This document shows, one piece after another, positions 1 to 12,526 of a DNA stretch of 64,000 nucleotides. Numbering within the stretch: position 1 is the stretch's first letter; each line of letters opens with the position of its first letter. The stretch spans positions 806,001 to 870,000 of the forward strand of contig JANJGN010000031.1 of NCBI GenBank assembly GCA_026770705.1, in the 5' to 3' direction. The notes beneath the pieces are model-generated. The model had not been told where the DNA came from. It worked only from the letters and a program-made list of their open reading frames with translations, and searched no databases. The position numbers and the translations under genes were made by a program. The stretch is from Isurus oxyrinchus (Eukaryota).

Positions 1-1428
1 GGTGCAAAATGGCATTCACACACCCTGTCCCTTCCTTTCATTTTATGATAGCAATCAGCCTCATCAGTGACCTGCACTCTTACCCTCTCCTTAAACTTTG
101 ATTTTTTACATTTCCATGCACCTGAACAACCACCCCACCTATTTAGTTGAAAGCCCTATCTACAACCCTAGTTATGCAATTCGCCAGGACACTGGCCCCA
201 GTTTGATTCAAGTGGAGCCCGTCTGAGCGGAATAGCTCCCTCTTTCCCCAGTACTGGTGCCAATGTCCCATGAATTCAAACCCATTTCTCCTACACCAAT
301 CTTTGAGCCACGCATTTACCTCCTTAACCTTATTGATCCTGTGCTAATTGGCTCGTGGCTCAGATAGTAATCCGGAGATTATTACCTTTTTGGTTCTGCT
401 TTTTAATTTAGCCCCGAGCTGCCCATATTCCCTCAGCAGAACCTCTTTCCTCGTTCTACCTATATCGTTGATACCTACATAGACCATGACAACTGGATAT
501 TTCCCCTCCCACTCCAAGTTCCTCTGCAGCCCAGATGAGATATCCTTAACCCTGGCACCAGGTAGGCAACACAGCCTTCAGGACTCTCAATCCAGGCTAC
601 AGAGAACAGTATCTATTCCCCTAACTATACCATCCCCAATTACAACTACATTTCTCTTTTCTCCCCCCACTTGAATGGCTCCCTGTGCCACGGTGCTATG
701 ATCAGTTTGCTCATCCTCCTTACTGTCCCCGCTCTTGTCCACACAGGGAGCAAGAATCTCAAACCTGTTGCATAAGGGCAAGGGCTGAGGCTCCTACAGT
801 GCTACTTCCTGGATCCATCTACCTGCCTCACTCATAGTCACTCCTTCCTGTCCCGACCACTGGCTGAATTTAAGGTAGTTAATCTAAGGGGTGTGACTGT
901 CTCCTGAAACACAGCATTCAGGTAAATCTCCCCTCACTGATGTGTCACAGTGTTCGAAGCTCAGACTCCAGCTCATCAACTCTGAGCTGAAGTTCCTCGA
1001 ACATCCAAAATTTGCTACAGATGTGGTTACTGGGAACTACAATAGGGTCCACCAGCCCCCACATCATGCAGCTATAACACATCGCCTGGCCCTGCATCTC
1101 TATTTTATTTAATTAGTTTTTCAAATTGTTTTTAAATTTCCTGTTGATCTTTAGTTTATCAATCTGTAAAATATTTCTCCTATTTACCTTTAAGCTGAAA
1201 GCAAGTTCGAATAGAGATTCAAAATACACTTTTTAAAATCAATTGGAACTCACTCTCTCTGCTGACTTGAAACTGAAGTGTTAGGCCTCTGATCCTGGGC
1301 CCCAGTAGTCACCTTTAATCTGAAATCAACTTAAAATAGGTAGTTCAAACTAGCAGTTACTTACCAACTTACGGTTTTCCTGTGATATCACTCTGTTTTT
1401 TTTAACTCGGCGACAGTGACGGCAGAGG
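1..1428 (-). mobile_element. CR1-clade LINE, 5' UTR and ORF1 (zinc finger + SGNH esterase), degenerate; lies antisense in a C1s intron
   Basis: ORF 587..781(-) NRFEIL...VVVIGDGIVRGIDTVLC is the CR1 ORF1 esterase motif. A CCSC/HICSK zinc-finger remnant lies at ~1000-1090. Similar to the ORF1 copy at 27977-28931. Confidence 0.8.
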
Positions 1429-3324
1429 ACACTCTTCCCAGGCCATCCATAGAGGAGGTGGAGGCAGCCTGCTGACTGTGACACTTTGTCTGTGATGTCC
1501 TTGGCGGGCATCCTCTGAAGGGCCGAGACCTGGAGGGCCCCGGCTTGCTTTCGGGACCCTGCGGTGTGGCAGTGGCTCCGTCTTGGGCCTGTGGAGCTGA
1601 AGCTGCTGAAGTCATAAGGAGAGGAGATTCAGATGGGCTGGACACTCCTGCAGTCACCTGGATGGATGGTCCGGGAGTGTGCGCCTGCTGATCCTCCTCC
1701 CTATGGGTACCCGAGACCCCCCAGGCTGACTCCTTGAGGAGAAGGGTTACCTGGAGTGAGATAGAGCTGCCCGGCATCCCTCTCACATACAAACTATTGG
1801 AGGCCAACTATGGTATCAGTGATGGGGTTGAACCTGCATAGCACTGCAGGAGTGATGTCATGGACCAAGGTTTCCATGGCGGCCACTATCCTGCCAGGGT
1901 TGACCTCAGTGCATTGCAATGTCGGCGCTATTATCTCAGCCTGAAGACAGACAGACTCCTGCATCATCCTTTGCAATCTGAGGAGTGACCCTTTCTGATA
2001 TTCTCGAGCTTGCTTTTGCAGCTCCAGCAATTGTGAAATGACCAAGTCCAGAGGCTCCTCAGCTAACTCGGACTCAGTGAATTTCTGGCCTCCAGTAGCC
2101 CTCCAAGTGCCGGACACCTGGGAAGTCCCTGACACTGCCTGCTGTGGGTCAGACAGTGTTATATGTTCACCAGTTTGTGACCCTGAAGCTATTCTAAAAC
2201 TAGGTCCCACCGAGGTGTGTGTCTGTACGCTGGTGGAGGGTTTGGGTGAACGCTGTGACGGGACTTCAGGAAGCCTTCAGATTCCTCTTCATAGGTTTCT
2301 TTGGGGCTTGATTGGAGGCCCTGGGTCATGGACTCTGTTGGCTGTTTCCCAGATGTGGCCTGTGAAACAGGATACATCACTCACAGTATGGTTGTCATAT
2401 GGATGTTGCATCGTTGAATCCTCACATGGTAGAGGACTGGTGGCCTCACTGTCAGCACCGGAATGGTCCAGATTGTCACCAGTCAGCTGGGTGACTCTGT
2501 TTTCAAAGGCTGTGAACAGGTCGATTTCAGTCATTCCTCCACCGGTCTGTGACCTCTTCCTCTTGTTGTGTGCCAGCTTGTTCTGCATGAATAGAACTGG
2601 AGAGAGTATAAGCAGGATGCCTGCCAGACTGAATGATAAGTGTGCCTGGCATGTGTGGGTGGTGAGTGGTCCCAGGGATGGGATGAGGACAATGAAGGTG
2701 TGTATGAGAGAGTGAATGGTGATGACCCTTGAACCTTCAGTGAATGAGGGCCATGTGGATGTGTGATGGGTTTGAGAGAGTGTGAGTTGAGAGTGATGAG
2801 ATGAGTGACTTACCTTGGTGGAATTGAGGAGATCATTCATCCTCTTGCGGCACTGGGTGGCTGTCCTCTTTTGAAAGGCATTGACACTGATCACCACTGC
2901 TACCGCCTCCCAAGCCTGGTTGGTGACATGCATTTCCCATCCTGCAGCTGGAGCCGGGGTAGTGGACATCGCAGCAAGCCTCCACGGCATCTAAAAGGCA
3001 TTCCAGTGACCCGTCACTAAGCCTGGGGGCTGAAGACTTCTTGCCTTTTGTGGACATCTTCCCTGCAGAAACATGAGCTGGAAGCACTGAGTTGTCTGTG
3101 CGTGGCTGAACTTTAAATATGGCATGATGATTCAGCAAGGTGATGGCGTGGCGGGTGAATGAGTGCCTGCCTGCCATGGAAATGATATGTTTCCCGGGAA
3201 TGCATAAATAATGTGGCAGGTTTGGGACGATATGGCAGGAAAACCCACCATCACGGTCGGCGGGTAACAGGTCATTTTACCCACCTGCTATCACACTTAG
3301 CGCAAAACTGGAATGATTCCACCC
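1429..3324 (-). mobile_element. PIF/Harbinger DNA transposon fragment carrying the spliced Myb/SANT (NAIF1-like) gene, with one terminus
   Basis: ORFs read APRLSDGSLECLLDAV, AWEAVAVVIS..KRTATQCRKRMNDL and NKRKRSQTGGG (Harbinger Myb/SANT protein). Terminus GGAATGATTCCACCC at 3310-3324 matches the ends at 19827 and 27521. Confidence 0.8.
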
Positions 3325-4150
3325 ATTCACAGCTAAAATGAGTGGGCAAGAAGATGGCAGATGGAACATAATGTGGGGAAGTTTGAGGTTATTCACTTTG
3401 GTCGTTAGAATAGAAAAGCAGAATAATTTTTAAAAGGGTGAAACTTGTAAATGTTAATGTTTGGAGAGATTTGCATATATTTGTACAAGGATTGCAAAAA
3501 GCTAGCATGCAGGTACAGCAAGTGATTAGGAAAGCAAATGGCATTTTGACCCTCATTGCAAAGGGATTGGTATACCAGAATAAGTCTTGATCCAGTTGTA
3601 TGGGGCTTTGGTGAGGCCTAACCTGGAATATTTAGTGCAATTTTGGTCTCTACATTTAATGAAAGATGTACTTGCATTCGAGGCAGTACAATGAAGGTTC
3701 ACAAGACTGACCGCTGGGATCAGAGGGTTGTCCTGTGATGAGAGGTTGAGTAATTGGGTCTATATTCTGTGGAAGAAAGAGCTGAGCTCATTGAAACATA
3801 CAAGATTCTGAAGTGGTTTGACAGGGTAGATTGTTTCCCCTTCTCGGGAATCCAGAACATGGGGGTCCAGTCTGAGGATAAGAAGCCAATCGTTTAGGAC
3901 TGAGATGAGGAAAAATTTCTTCACTCAAAGGTTGTGAGTCTTTGGAATTCTCTACCCCAGAGAGTTGTGGATGTGCCATCATTGAATATATTTAAGGCTG
4001 GTATTGATAGATCTTTGGTCTCTCAGGGAATCAAGGGATTTGGGGAGCAGACAGGGAGGTGGAGTTGAATCCCAGTATCAGCCATGATCAAGTTCGTCGG
4101 CAGAGCAGGCTCGATGGGCCATACAACCTTATGCACTCATGTTCTTATCG
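3325..4150 (+). mobile_element. CR1 LINE 3' fragment (RT C-terminus and 3' UTR), degenerate
   Basis: Degenerate WQME.NVGK, LVRP.LEY..QFWS and RKNFFTQRVVSLWNSL motifs followed by the CR1 3' UTR. Confidence 0.8.
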
Positions 4151-4507
4151 AAACATCCAGTGAGAGGCTATTTTAGACCTGGTCATTAGTAACACAGCAG
4201 AATTAATTCATGATCTCCCAGTAAAGGATCCTCTAGGGAAGAGAGATTATAACATGATGGAATTTCACAATTAGTTTGGGAGTATGAAACCTGGAGTTTG
4301 AGCCTAGTGTGTTAATCTTAATAAAAGGTAATTACAAAGTTATGAAGACAGTGTTGGCTAAAGCAGTCTGGGAAAATAGGTTAAAAGGCCATTTTAATAA
4401 CTATAACTAAATATATGGAAGTATATAGAAATTGTTATTATATTAATGAGCTTTGAAAGGTGCATCTCATACCTGTGGCTTATGAAAAAATGACCTTCCT
4501 TTCACAG

Positions 4508-4627
4508 CTGTGGACTGCGGACCTCCCACAAAACTGATGAACGGACATGAGAACTTCATAAGCACAGTTTACACATCCCAGAACCAGTACAGTTGTGAAG
4601 AGCCATACTATAAACTTGAAGGAAACG
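4508..4627 (+). CDS. C1S: C1s-like complement serine protease, exon encoding first half of CCP2 (sushi) domain
   Basis: ttcacAG|..|GTgagg, phase 1/1, 120 nt. Translates (x)VDCGPPTKLMNGHENFISTVYTSQNQYSCEEPYYKLEGN. VDCG..P and CEEPYY match the C1s CCP2 pattern. Not in the ORF track. Confidence 0.88.
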
Positions 4628-4984
4628 GTGAGGCCCATTATGCCTGCGTCAGTTGACAAGTAGCCATTCAGCCTAATCCCACTTTCCAATTCTTGGTCCA
4701 TAGCCGTGTATGTTGTGGCACTTCAAATATTTATCTAAATATTAAATGTTATGAGAGTGTTTGCCTCTATTACACTTCTAGGCAGTGAGTTCCAGATCTC
4801 CACCACATTCTGGGTAAATAAAGTTCTCCTTCAGGTCCCTCTAAACCTCCAATCACCTACCCTAAATCTATGCCTCCTGGTTATGGTTCTTTAACCAAGG
4901 GGATATAGGGGCTTCCTATCCTCCCTATCTAGACCCTTCATAAATTCATACAATTCAGTTAGGTCTCCCCTACTTCTCCTCTCA

Positions 4985-7049
4985 CAGAATCACAGTGCAG
5001 AAGAAGCCCTTCGACCCATCGAGTCTGCACCTACACATGAGAAACACCTGACCTACCTACCTAATCCCATTTACCAGCACTTGGCCCATAGCCTTGATTG
5101 TTATGACGTGCCAAATGCTCATGCAGGTACTTTTTAAAGGATGTGAGGCAACTGGCATCCACCACCCTCCCAGGCAGTGCATTCCAGACCATCACCACCC
5201 TCTGGGTAATAAGTTTTTCCTCACATCTCCCCTAAACCTCCTGACCCTCACCTTGAACTTATGTCCCCTTGGGAATGACCCTTCAACTAAGGGGAACAAC
5301 TGCTCCTATCCACCCTGTCCATGCCCCTCATAATCTTGTACACCTCGATCAGGTCGCTGCTCAGTCTTCCCTGCTCCAACGAAAACAACCCAAGTCTATC
5401 CAACCTCTCTTCATAACTTAAATGTTTCATCCCAGGCAACATCCTGGTGAATCTCCTCTGCACCCCCTCCAGTGCAATCGCATCCTTCCTACTATGTGGT
5501 GACCAGAACTGCACACAGTACTCCAGCTGTGGCCTCACCAAGGTTCTATACAACTCCAACATGACTTCCCTGCTTTTGTAATCTATGCCTCGATTGATAA
5601 AGGCAAGTATTCCATATGCCTTTTTCACCACCCACTAACATGCCCCTCTGCCTTCAGAGATCTATGGACACACACACCAAGGTCCCTTTGTTCCTCAGAA
5701 CTTCCTAGTGTCATGCCATTCATTGAATACTTCCTTGTCAAATTACTCCTTCCAAAGTGTATCATCTCACAATTTTCAGGGTTAAATTCCATCTGCCACT
5801 TATCTGCCCATTTGACCATCCCGTCTATATCTTCCTGTAGCCCAAGACACTCAACCTCACTGTTAACCACCCGGCCAATCTTTGTGTCATCCGCAAACTT
5901 ACTAATCCTACCCCCAATATAGTCATCTATGTCCTTTATATAAATGACTAATAATAGGGGACCGAGCACAGATCCCTGTGGTACGCCACTGGACACTGGC
6001 TTCCAGTCACTAAAGCATCCTTCTGTCATCACCCTCTGTCTCCTACAACTAAGTCAATTTTGAATCCACCTTATCAAATTATTCTGTATCCCATGTGCAT
6101 TTGCCTTCTTTATAAGTCTCCCATGTGGGACCTTGTCAAAGGCTTTGCTGAAATCCATATAAACTACATCAACTGCACTAACCTCATCTACACACCTGGT
6201 CACTTCCTCAAAAGATTCACTCAAATTTGTTAGGCAAGACCTCCCTCTGACAAAGCCGTGCTGACTATCCCTGATCAAACTTTGCCTCTCCAAGTGGAGA
6301 TAGATTCTCTCCTTCAGAACTTTCTCCAATAGTTTCCCTACCACTGACGTGAGACTCACTGGCCTGTAATTCCCTGGCTTATCTCTACAACCCTTCTTAA
6401 ATAGCGGAACCACATTAGCTGTTCTCCAGTCCTCTGGCACCTCCCCTGTGGCCAGAGAGGAATTAAAAATTCAGGCCAGAGCCCCTGCGATCTCCTCCCT
6501 TGCCTCCCTCAGCCATCTGGGACACAAACCATCTGTCCTGGAGATTTGTCCACTTTTAAGCCTGCCAACACCTCCAATACCTTGTCACTTTCTATATCAA
6601 TTTGCTTAAGAACCTCGCAGTCTCTCTCCCCGAGCTCAATACCTTCATCCTCATTCTCTTGGGTGAAGACGGACGTGAAGTATTCATTCAACAATCTAGC
6701 GATGTCCTCTGGCTCCACCCATAAATTGCCCCCTTGGTCCCTTATGGGCCCTACTCTTTCCCTGGTTATCCTCTTACCACTGATATACTTATAGAATATC
6801 TTGGGATTTTCCCTACTTTTACCAGCCAGAGCTTTCTCATATCCCCTCTTTGCTCTCCTAATTGCTTTCTTGAGCTCCATACTGCACTGCCTGTACTCCA
6901 CTAATGCCTCAGCTGATCTGCTTCCCTTGTACCAACTAAAAGCCTTTCTTTTCATTCTCATTGTAACCTGAATATCTCTGGTCATCCATGGTTCTCTGGG
7001 CTTGTTACTCTTTCCTATCACCCTAGAAGGAATGTGTTGAGCCTGTATC
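4985..7049 (-). mobile_element. Young CR1 LINE, 5'-truncated ORF2 (RT) with 3' UTR/tail, inserted in an older CR1 fragment
   Basis: ORFs show [34 protein letters not shown] and KFADDTK. The tail TCACAGAATCACAG (reverse complement of CTGTGATTCTGTGA) is at ~4985. Confidence 0.93.
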
Positions 7050-7529
7050 CTCCCCATTTCTTCTGTTCCAAAGGAAACAACCCCAGCCTATCCAATCTTT
7101 GCTCATGAATTAAATTCTCCAGTCCAGGCAGCTTGCTCCTAAATCGCCTCTGTACCCTGTCTAGTACAATCACAAGGTGACCAGGACTGCACATGATACT
7201 CCAGCTATGGCTTGACACATTTAAAACAGTTCCAGTATAACCTCCCAGCTCTTATATTCTACACCTCAGTTAATAAAGGTAAGAGTAAATACTGGCTTCT
7301 TGACCAACTTACCTACCAATCCAGTCACTTTCCAGGTACCCCACATGTTCTCTGCAGTTTTCCTTTACAGCTATTTATCTAGTTCCTTTTGAATTTTGCT
7401 GAATATAATTTTAGCACCAGTGATGGTGTATAGCTGGGTGTTTCCCTCTTTCTATTACGCACTTCTCCCATCTGACTGAAGTGAGGGAGATAGAGAATCG
7501 AATGGGAGACATGACAAGTCACATCTCGG

Positions 7530-7690
7530 CTATTTTATACTTGCGGCCATTATTCCTCCTTCACCCTTCATGATCTCAGGTTATCCCAAATCACTTTAAA
7601 GCTGATGGTGCACTTTTTTTAGAAATTGCAGTCACCGTTATAATGTAGGGGGAAGCATACAGCAAGATCCCACAAACATTGGGTGCTGGT
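7530..7690 (-). mobile_element. Deu-type SINE 3' tail fragment
   Basis: cccaaatcacttta...tgcagtcaccgttataatgtagg...cagcaagatcccacaaaca resembles the tails at 49450-49620(+), 51310-51480(-) and 52020-52130(-). Confidence 0.55.
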
Positions 7691-7879
7691 GGGGATAAAA
7701 GTCAGATGGTTTGGAGGGTTGCTACTGAGGCTGGAAGTTAATGATTAGGATCTCAAAAGCAGGAGCAGAGGTGATTGGAATGGTAATTGCAGTAAGTAGT
7801 TACAGTCTGTTTAATGTAGGCAACCCCTAGAGTTTACTTCCCCATGTGCATTGCCTTATTTGCAAATAGAGATCAAGGA

Positions 7880-8160
7880 TGCCTCTTTTTAAACAGTGCA
7901 CTGCAGCAAACAGTTTACAGGGACATTTTATCAAGAGCTTCTACAACTACAGCAAGCAGAGTCTATTTAAATAGTACACCGCAGAAAACAGTCTACAGTG
8001 TCTATTTTTTTAAAGCTTCTATGAACTGTGAACAGAGTTTAGTTAAGCAATGTGCCACAGCAGACAGTCTATAGATACTGTTTATAAAGTGTTGCAATTA
8101 ATCTCGTAAGCTTCTATTTAACCTGCACACCTCAGCAAACGATCTACAGTTTAAGAAAGA
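7880..8160. repeat. Degenerate tandem repeat, period ~75-80 nt, about 4 copies
   Basis: A motif like 'a.tgcac.gcagcaaacagtctacag' recurs at ~7892, 7971, 8048 and 8121. Confidence 0.5.
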
Positions 8161-8417
8161 GTCTCTATGAACCACAGCAAACAGAACATGACTGAAACTA
8201 TAGCAATGTCTCTGAAGAGAAGCAGAAGCCAGCAAAATTGCAGTGAGCAGAGAATTGTAACAAAATATAAATGATGTGTGGTAAAATCAAGATCAGCCAT
8301 GATTGACAGGGGGAATGACCCAATCAGCTCCATTCTAGCTGGAATAAAGTTATGACTCTACATAGCCCTCTCTCTCTGAATGCTATCTTTCTCCATTTAT
8401 ATTCTTTTCCCAACCAG

Positions 8418-8495
8418 CTGTCTTTAACTGCTCGGAAGAAGCTGAATGGATAGATGCCACGAGTGGGCAACTGACCCTGCCAAAGTGCAAACCAG
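8418..8495 (+). CDS. C1S: C1s-like protease, exon encoding second half of CCP2
   Basis: ttcccaaccAG|..|GTaaat, phase 1/1, 78 nt. Translates (A)VFNCSEEAEWIDATSGQLTLPKCKP(V), the C-x5-W...LPKC.P CCP end. In frame with both neighbouring exons. Confidence 0.9.
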
Positions 8496-9425
8496 GTAAA
8501 TATTTACAGGAGTGTAATGAGTAGAAAAGTAGCATAAAACCATTTATTGATAGCTCACAGGAGGCCATTTGCCCCATTGTGCCTCTGCTGGTTCTTTGAT
8601 AGAGCTATCCAATTAATACGACTTGCCCCTGCACTTTCCCCACAGCCCTGCAAATTATTGTCCCTTTTAAGTATTTATCCAATTTTCTTCTGAAAGCTAT
8701 TACTGAATCTGCTTTTCTTCCACTGCTATTTCAAGCAGTGCATTGCAGATCATAATAACTCAACGGTGTTAAAAAACTGTTTTCTCACGTCAGCACTAGT
8801 TCTTTTCCCAATATCTTGAACTGTCTCCTCTGGTTGCCAACCTTCCTGCAAGAGCAAACAGTTTCTCCTTAGTTATCAAAATCCCTCTTCATTGTGAATA
8901 CCTCTATTGAATCTCCCCTTAACCTTCTCTGCTATACGGAGAACAGTCCCAGCTTCTCCAGTCCCTCCACAATGACTGAAGTCTCACATGCCAGGTACCA
9001 TTCTGCTAAATCTCCTCTTACACTTGCTCCAAGGCTTTGACCTCCTGAAAGTGTGGTGACCAGAATGGCCCACCATGCTCCAGCTTTGGTCTAGACAATA
9101 ACTTCAAAACAGATTATCAGCCATTCAGGGCTGCTTTCTTTCCTGAGAACTCTGTGGGGATTTTCCCTTCCTGATCACTAGTTATTTGACTGAGGGAGGG
9201 GGCGCACAATGGGCAATGTTGCAGATGACCTTTTTGGTTCCATGTCAATTCAATGCCCGACGAGCAGGGGGTGTAGCAGGCATTGTTGATGTAACACCAC
9301 CCCTCTGTGTGCTGTCTCCCAAATGAAATAGAGAGCAGGGCTCGTGTGTCTGGTGTTCATCAGTTCTGTCACGTTTAAGATGATCCGAGAACTTTTCAAC
9401 TCCTTTGATTTTCATCTCTCCCCAG

Positions 9426-10216
9426 TCTGTGGGAATTGCCTACTCTCCTCCAAAACTGGTCGCATTTTTGGTGGCCAGCAAGCAAAACTGGGCTATTTCC
9501 CCTGGCAACTGCGGTTGGTCACCACCAGGGGTGAGATGGGTGGCGGAGCCTTGATCTCTGACAGATGGGTGCTGACCGCCGCTCACCTCTTTGACAACTC
9601 GCTCCAGGTGGAAATCCACGGTGGATTGGTTGATCTAAGAGCAAGAACACCAGAAGGTGAGCTCCCCATGGAATTGGCCATCATCCATCCCGGCTACAGG
9701 AAGCAAGTTGAGGGTGGACAGCCTAATTTCAATCATGACATTGCACTAATCAAGCTCCGAGAGAAGGTCAAACTGAGATCCAATTTGTCCCCCGTGTGCC
9801 TGCCTGGACCAGGAGGGGCATCTCTGCCGGACGATGGTACATTGGGTTATATTTCAGGGTGGGGTAGGATGCAAAAGAGGAGACTTGCCGTGATTCTGCA
9901 GTATGCTGAGGTACCCATCGTTAGCATAGATGAGTGTAAGAATTCCAACTACGATGGACCGAAGCCTGTTTTCACCCCTAACATGATCTGCGCTGGACTA
10001 CCAGGCATTGACTCCTGCCAAGGGGACAGTGGGGGTCCCTATGTGTTCGTAGACCTTCAGAACCCCAGTCGCCACATTGTCAGGGGGATCGTGTCATTTG
10101 GACCCCAGGAATGCGGCAATTATGGGGTGTACACCCATGTGGGGAACTATGTGGACTGGATTGAGACAACCATGAAGGAACACGAGGACAGAGAGACCGA
10201 CTCGGAAGTCATATAA
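9426..10216 (+). CDS. C1S: C1s-like protease, terminal exon: activation linker plus intronless trypsin-like serine protease domain
   Basis: Acceptor ctctccccAG|TC TGT GGG (VCG), activation site R|IFGG at 9461-9466. Triad: His TAAH 9584, Asp HDIAL 9737, Ser GDSGG encoded by AGT at 10028. Asp189 present, His-loop cysteines absent (GGGALI/TAAHL), single-exon domain: AGY-type C1r/C1s/MASP2/MASP3 class. GYISGWGR, VFTPNMICAG and NYVDWIETTM resemble C1s most. The ORF-track start at 9344 is intronic. Confidence 0.85.
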
Positions 10217-10245
10217 CTGTATTAATACATTGTGATATTGGTCAC

Positions 10246-10251
10246 AATAAA
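10246..10251 (+). terminator. Candidate polyadenylation signal AATAAA of the C1s-like gene (alternative ATTAAA at 10446-10451)
   Basis: AATAAA 30 nt after the TAA stop. Confidence 0.6.
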
Positions 10252-10489
10252 ATATAATCTGCCTGTTTACCATATTCTCTCCTCTTTCTCCCTCTGCCCT
10301 GTTCCCCTCATTCTGAGAAGAATTATGTTTTGTTTCTTTCCCCCTCTATCCCAAATGTAAACTTGATTTAAAAGAGCTATGAAATATTCCTGTCTCTCCA
10401 TTTAAAATAATGACAAGACATTGCTGTGTGTACATGCTTTTATTTATTAAAGGTTTAAATAGAGAAGGAAAGCTGAATTGTTAACGAAT

Positions 10490-10984
10490 ATGAGACAGAT
10501 AGAGAGGGAGGTGCGCAGAGGGAGAGAGAGAGAGACTCAGAAAAACAGAGAAAGACACAGAGAAGGAGAGACACAGAGACTGACATAGAGGCAGAGAGAC
10601 ATACACAAAAGGGAAGCCAAAAGAAAGAGATGCAGAGAGACAGATAGGGGGAGAGACACAGAGACGGAGCGTAAGAACTGCACTGAGAGACACACACAGG
10701 CTCACACACAGACACATTAAGAGAGAGGCAGACAGAGATTTGGAGAGAGCGATAGAGAAAGGCACAGAGTGAGACAGAGACACACACACAGACATGCAGA
10801 AAAATACTTGCATACAGAGAGAAAGAAATAGAGAAAAAGAGAGAGGCAGACATACATAGATAGATAAGAGAGACAGAAAGACACAGTGAGGGAGCGAGAG
10901 AGAGATGTTCAGGCACGGGGAGGTACATAGGGAGAGAGACAAAGAATGCAAGACACACAAACAGAGAGAGAGAGAGAGGGACAG
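10490..10984. repeat. Degenerate (GA/GACA)n low-complexity tract, continuing at 12527-12720 and 13770-13893 around inserted elements
   Basis: Purine-rich AG/AC dinucleotide arrays; source of the spurious Ser/Leu/Cys/Val-rich minus-strand ORFs. Confidence 0.9.
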
Positions 10985-12526
10985 GTGTTGGCGGCTTAAA
11001 AGTGAACAAATCTCCAGGTCCAGATGATTTGTGTCCCAGGCTGCTGAGGGAGAAGATCGTAGGGGCTCTGACCCAAATTTTTAATTCCTCTGTGGGCACA
11101 GGGGAGGTGCTAGAGGACTGAAGAACAGCTAATGTGGTTCCGCTATTTAAGAAGGGTTGTAGGGATAAGCCAGGGAACTACAGACCAGTGAGTCTCATGT
11201 CAGTGGTAGGGAACCTATTGGAGAAAATTCTAAAGGAGAGAATCTATCTCCACTTGGAGAGGCAAGGTTTGATCAGTGATAGTCAGCATGGCTTTGTCAG
11301 AGGGAGGTCATGCCTAACAAATTTGATTGAACTTTTTGAGGGGGTGACCTGGTGTGTAGATGAGGGTAGTGCAGTTGATGTTGTTTATATGGATTTCAGC
11401 AAAGCCTTTGACAAGGTCCCACATGGGAGACTTATAAGGAAGGCACATGGGATTCAGGGTAATTTGAAAAGATGGATTCAAAATTGGCTTAGTTGCAGGA
11501 GACAGAGGGTGATGACAGAAGGATGCTTTTGTGACTGGACCGGGATCTGTCCTGGGTCCTCTATTATTCATCATTTATATAAACGACATAGAGGACTATG
11601 AGGGGGTAGTATCAGAATGTTTCCAGATGACACAAAGATTGGCTGGGTGGTTAACAGTGAGGTTGAGTGTCTTGGGCTACAAGAACATAGAGACAAGATG
11701 GTTAAATGGGCTAATAACTGGCAGATGGAATTTAACCCTGAAAAGTGTGAGGTGATACACTTTGGAAGGAGTAATATGACAAGGAAGTCTTCAATGAATG
11801 GCAAGACACTAGGAAGTCCTGAGGAACAAAGTGACCTTGGCGTTTGTGTCCATAGATCTCTGGAGGTGGAAGGGCATGTTAGTGGGGTGGTGAAAAAGAC
11901 ATATGGGAAACTTGCCTTTATCAATCATGGCATAGGTTACAAAAGTAAGGAGGTTATGTTGGAGTTTGTGAGGCCACAGCTGGAGTACAGTGTGTAGTTC
12001 TGGTCGCCACATTATAGGAAGGATGTGATTGCACTGGAGGGGGTGCAGAGGAGATTCACCAGGATGTTGCCTGGGATGAAGCATTTGTTATGAAGAGAGG
12101 TTGGATAGACTTAGGTTGTTTTTGTTGGAGCAGAGAAGACTGAGGGGCGACCTGATTGAGGTGAACAAGGTTATGAGGGGTATGGACAGGGTGGATAGGG
12201 AGCAGCTGTTCCCCTTAGTTGAAGGGTCAGTCACAAGGGGGCATAAGTTCAAGGTGAGGGGCAGGAGGTTTAGGGGGACTGTGAGGCAAACCCTTTTTGC
12301 CCAGAGGGTGGTGATGGTCTGGAATGCGCTGCCTGGGAGGGTGGGGGAGGCGGGTTGCCTCACATCCTTTAAAAAGTACCTGGATGAGCACTTGGGACAT
12401 CATAACATTCAAGGCTATAGGCCAAGTGCTGGTAAATGGGATTAGGTAGGTAGGTCAGGTGTTTCTCACATGTCGGTACAGACTTAATGGGCCGAAGGGC
12501 CTCTTCTGCACTGTGTGATTCTGTGA
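10985..12526 (+). mobile_element. Young CR1 LINE, 5'-truncated RT and 3' tail (same subfamily as 4985-7049 and 61210-63378)
   Basis: PGNYRPVSL, YMDFSKAFDKVPH and FPDDTK motifs. Ends in CTGTGTGATTCTGTGA. Confidence 0.93.

Noticed and set aside
9344-9425. N-terminal 27 codons of the 290-aa protease ORF (MCLVFISS...) as a signal peptide of an intronless gene
   Set aside because: It is intron: polypyrimidine tract plus AG at 9424-25, and the upstream CCP exons splice in frame.
9426-10216. Trypsinogen (expected beside TRB) or haptoglobin
   Set aside because: Trypsinogens have multi-exon domains, a TCN serine, His-loop cysteines and no CCP. Haptoglobin lacks the catalytic His/Ser, which are intact here.
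10455-11099. 214-aa and 159-aa hydrophobic minus-strand ORFs
   Set aside because: Translations of a (TC/TG)n low-complexity tract.
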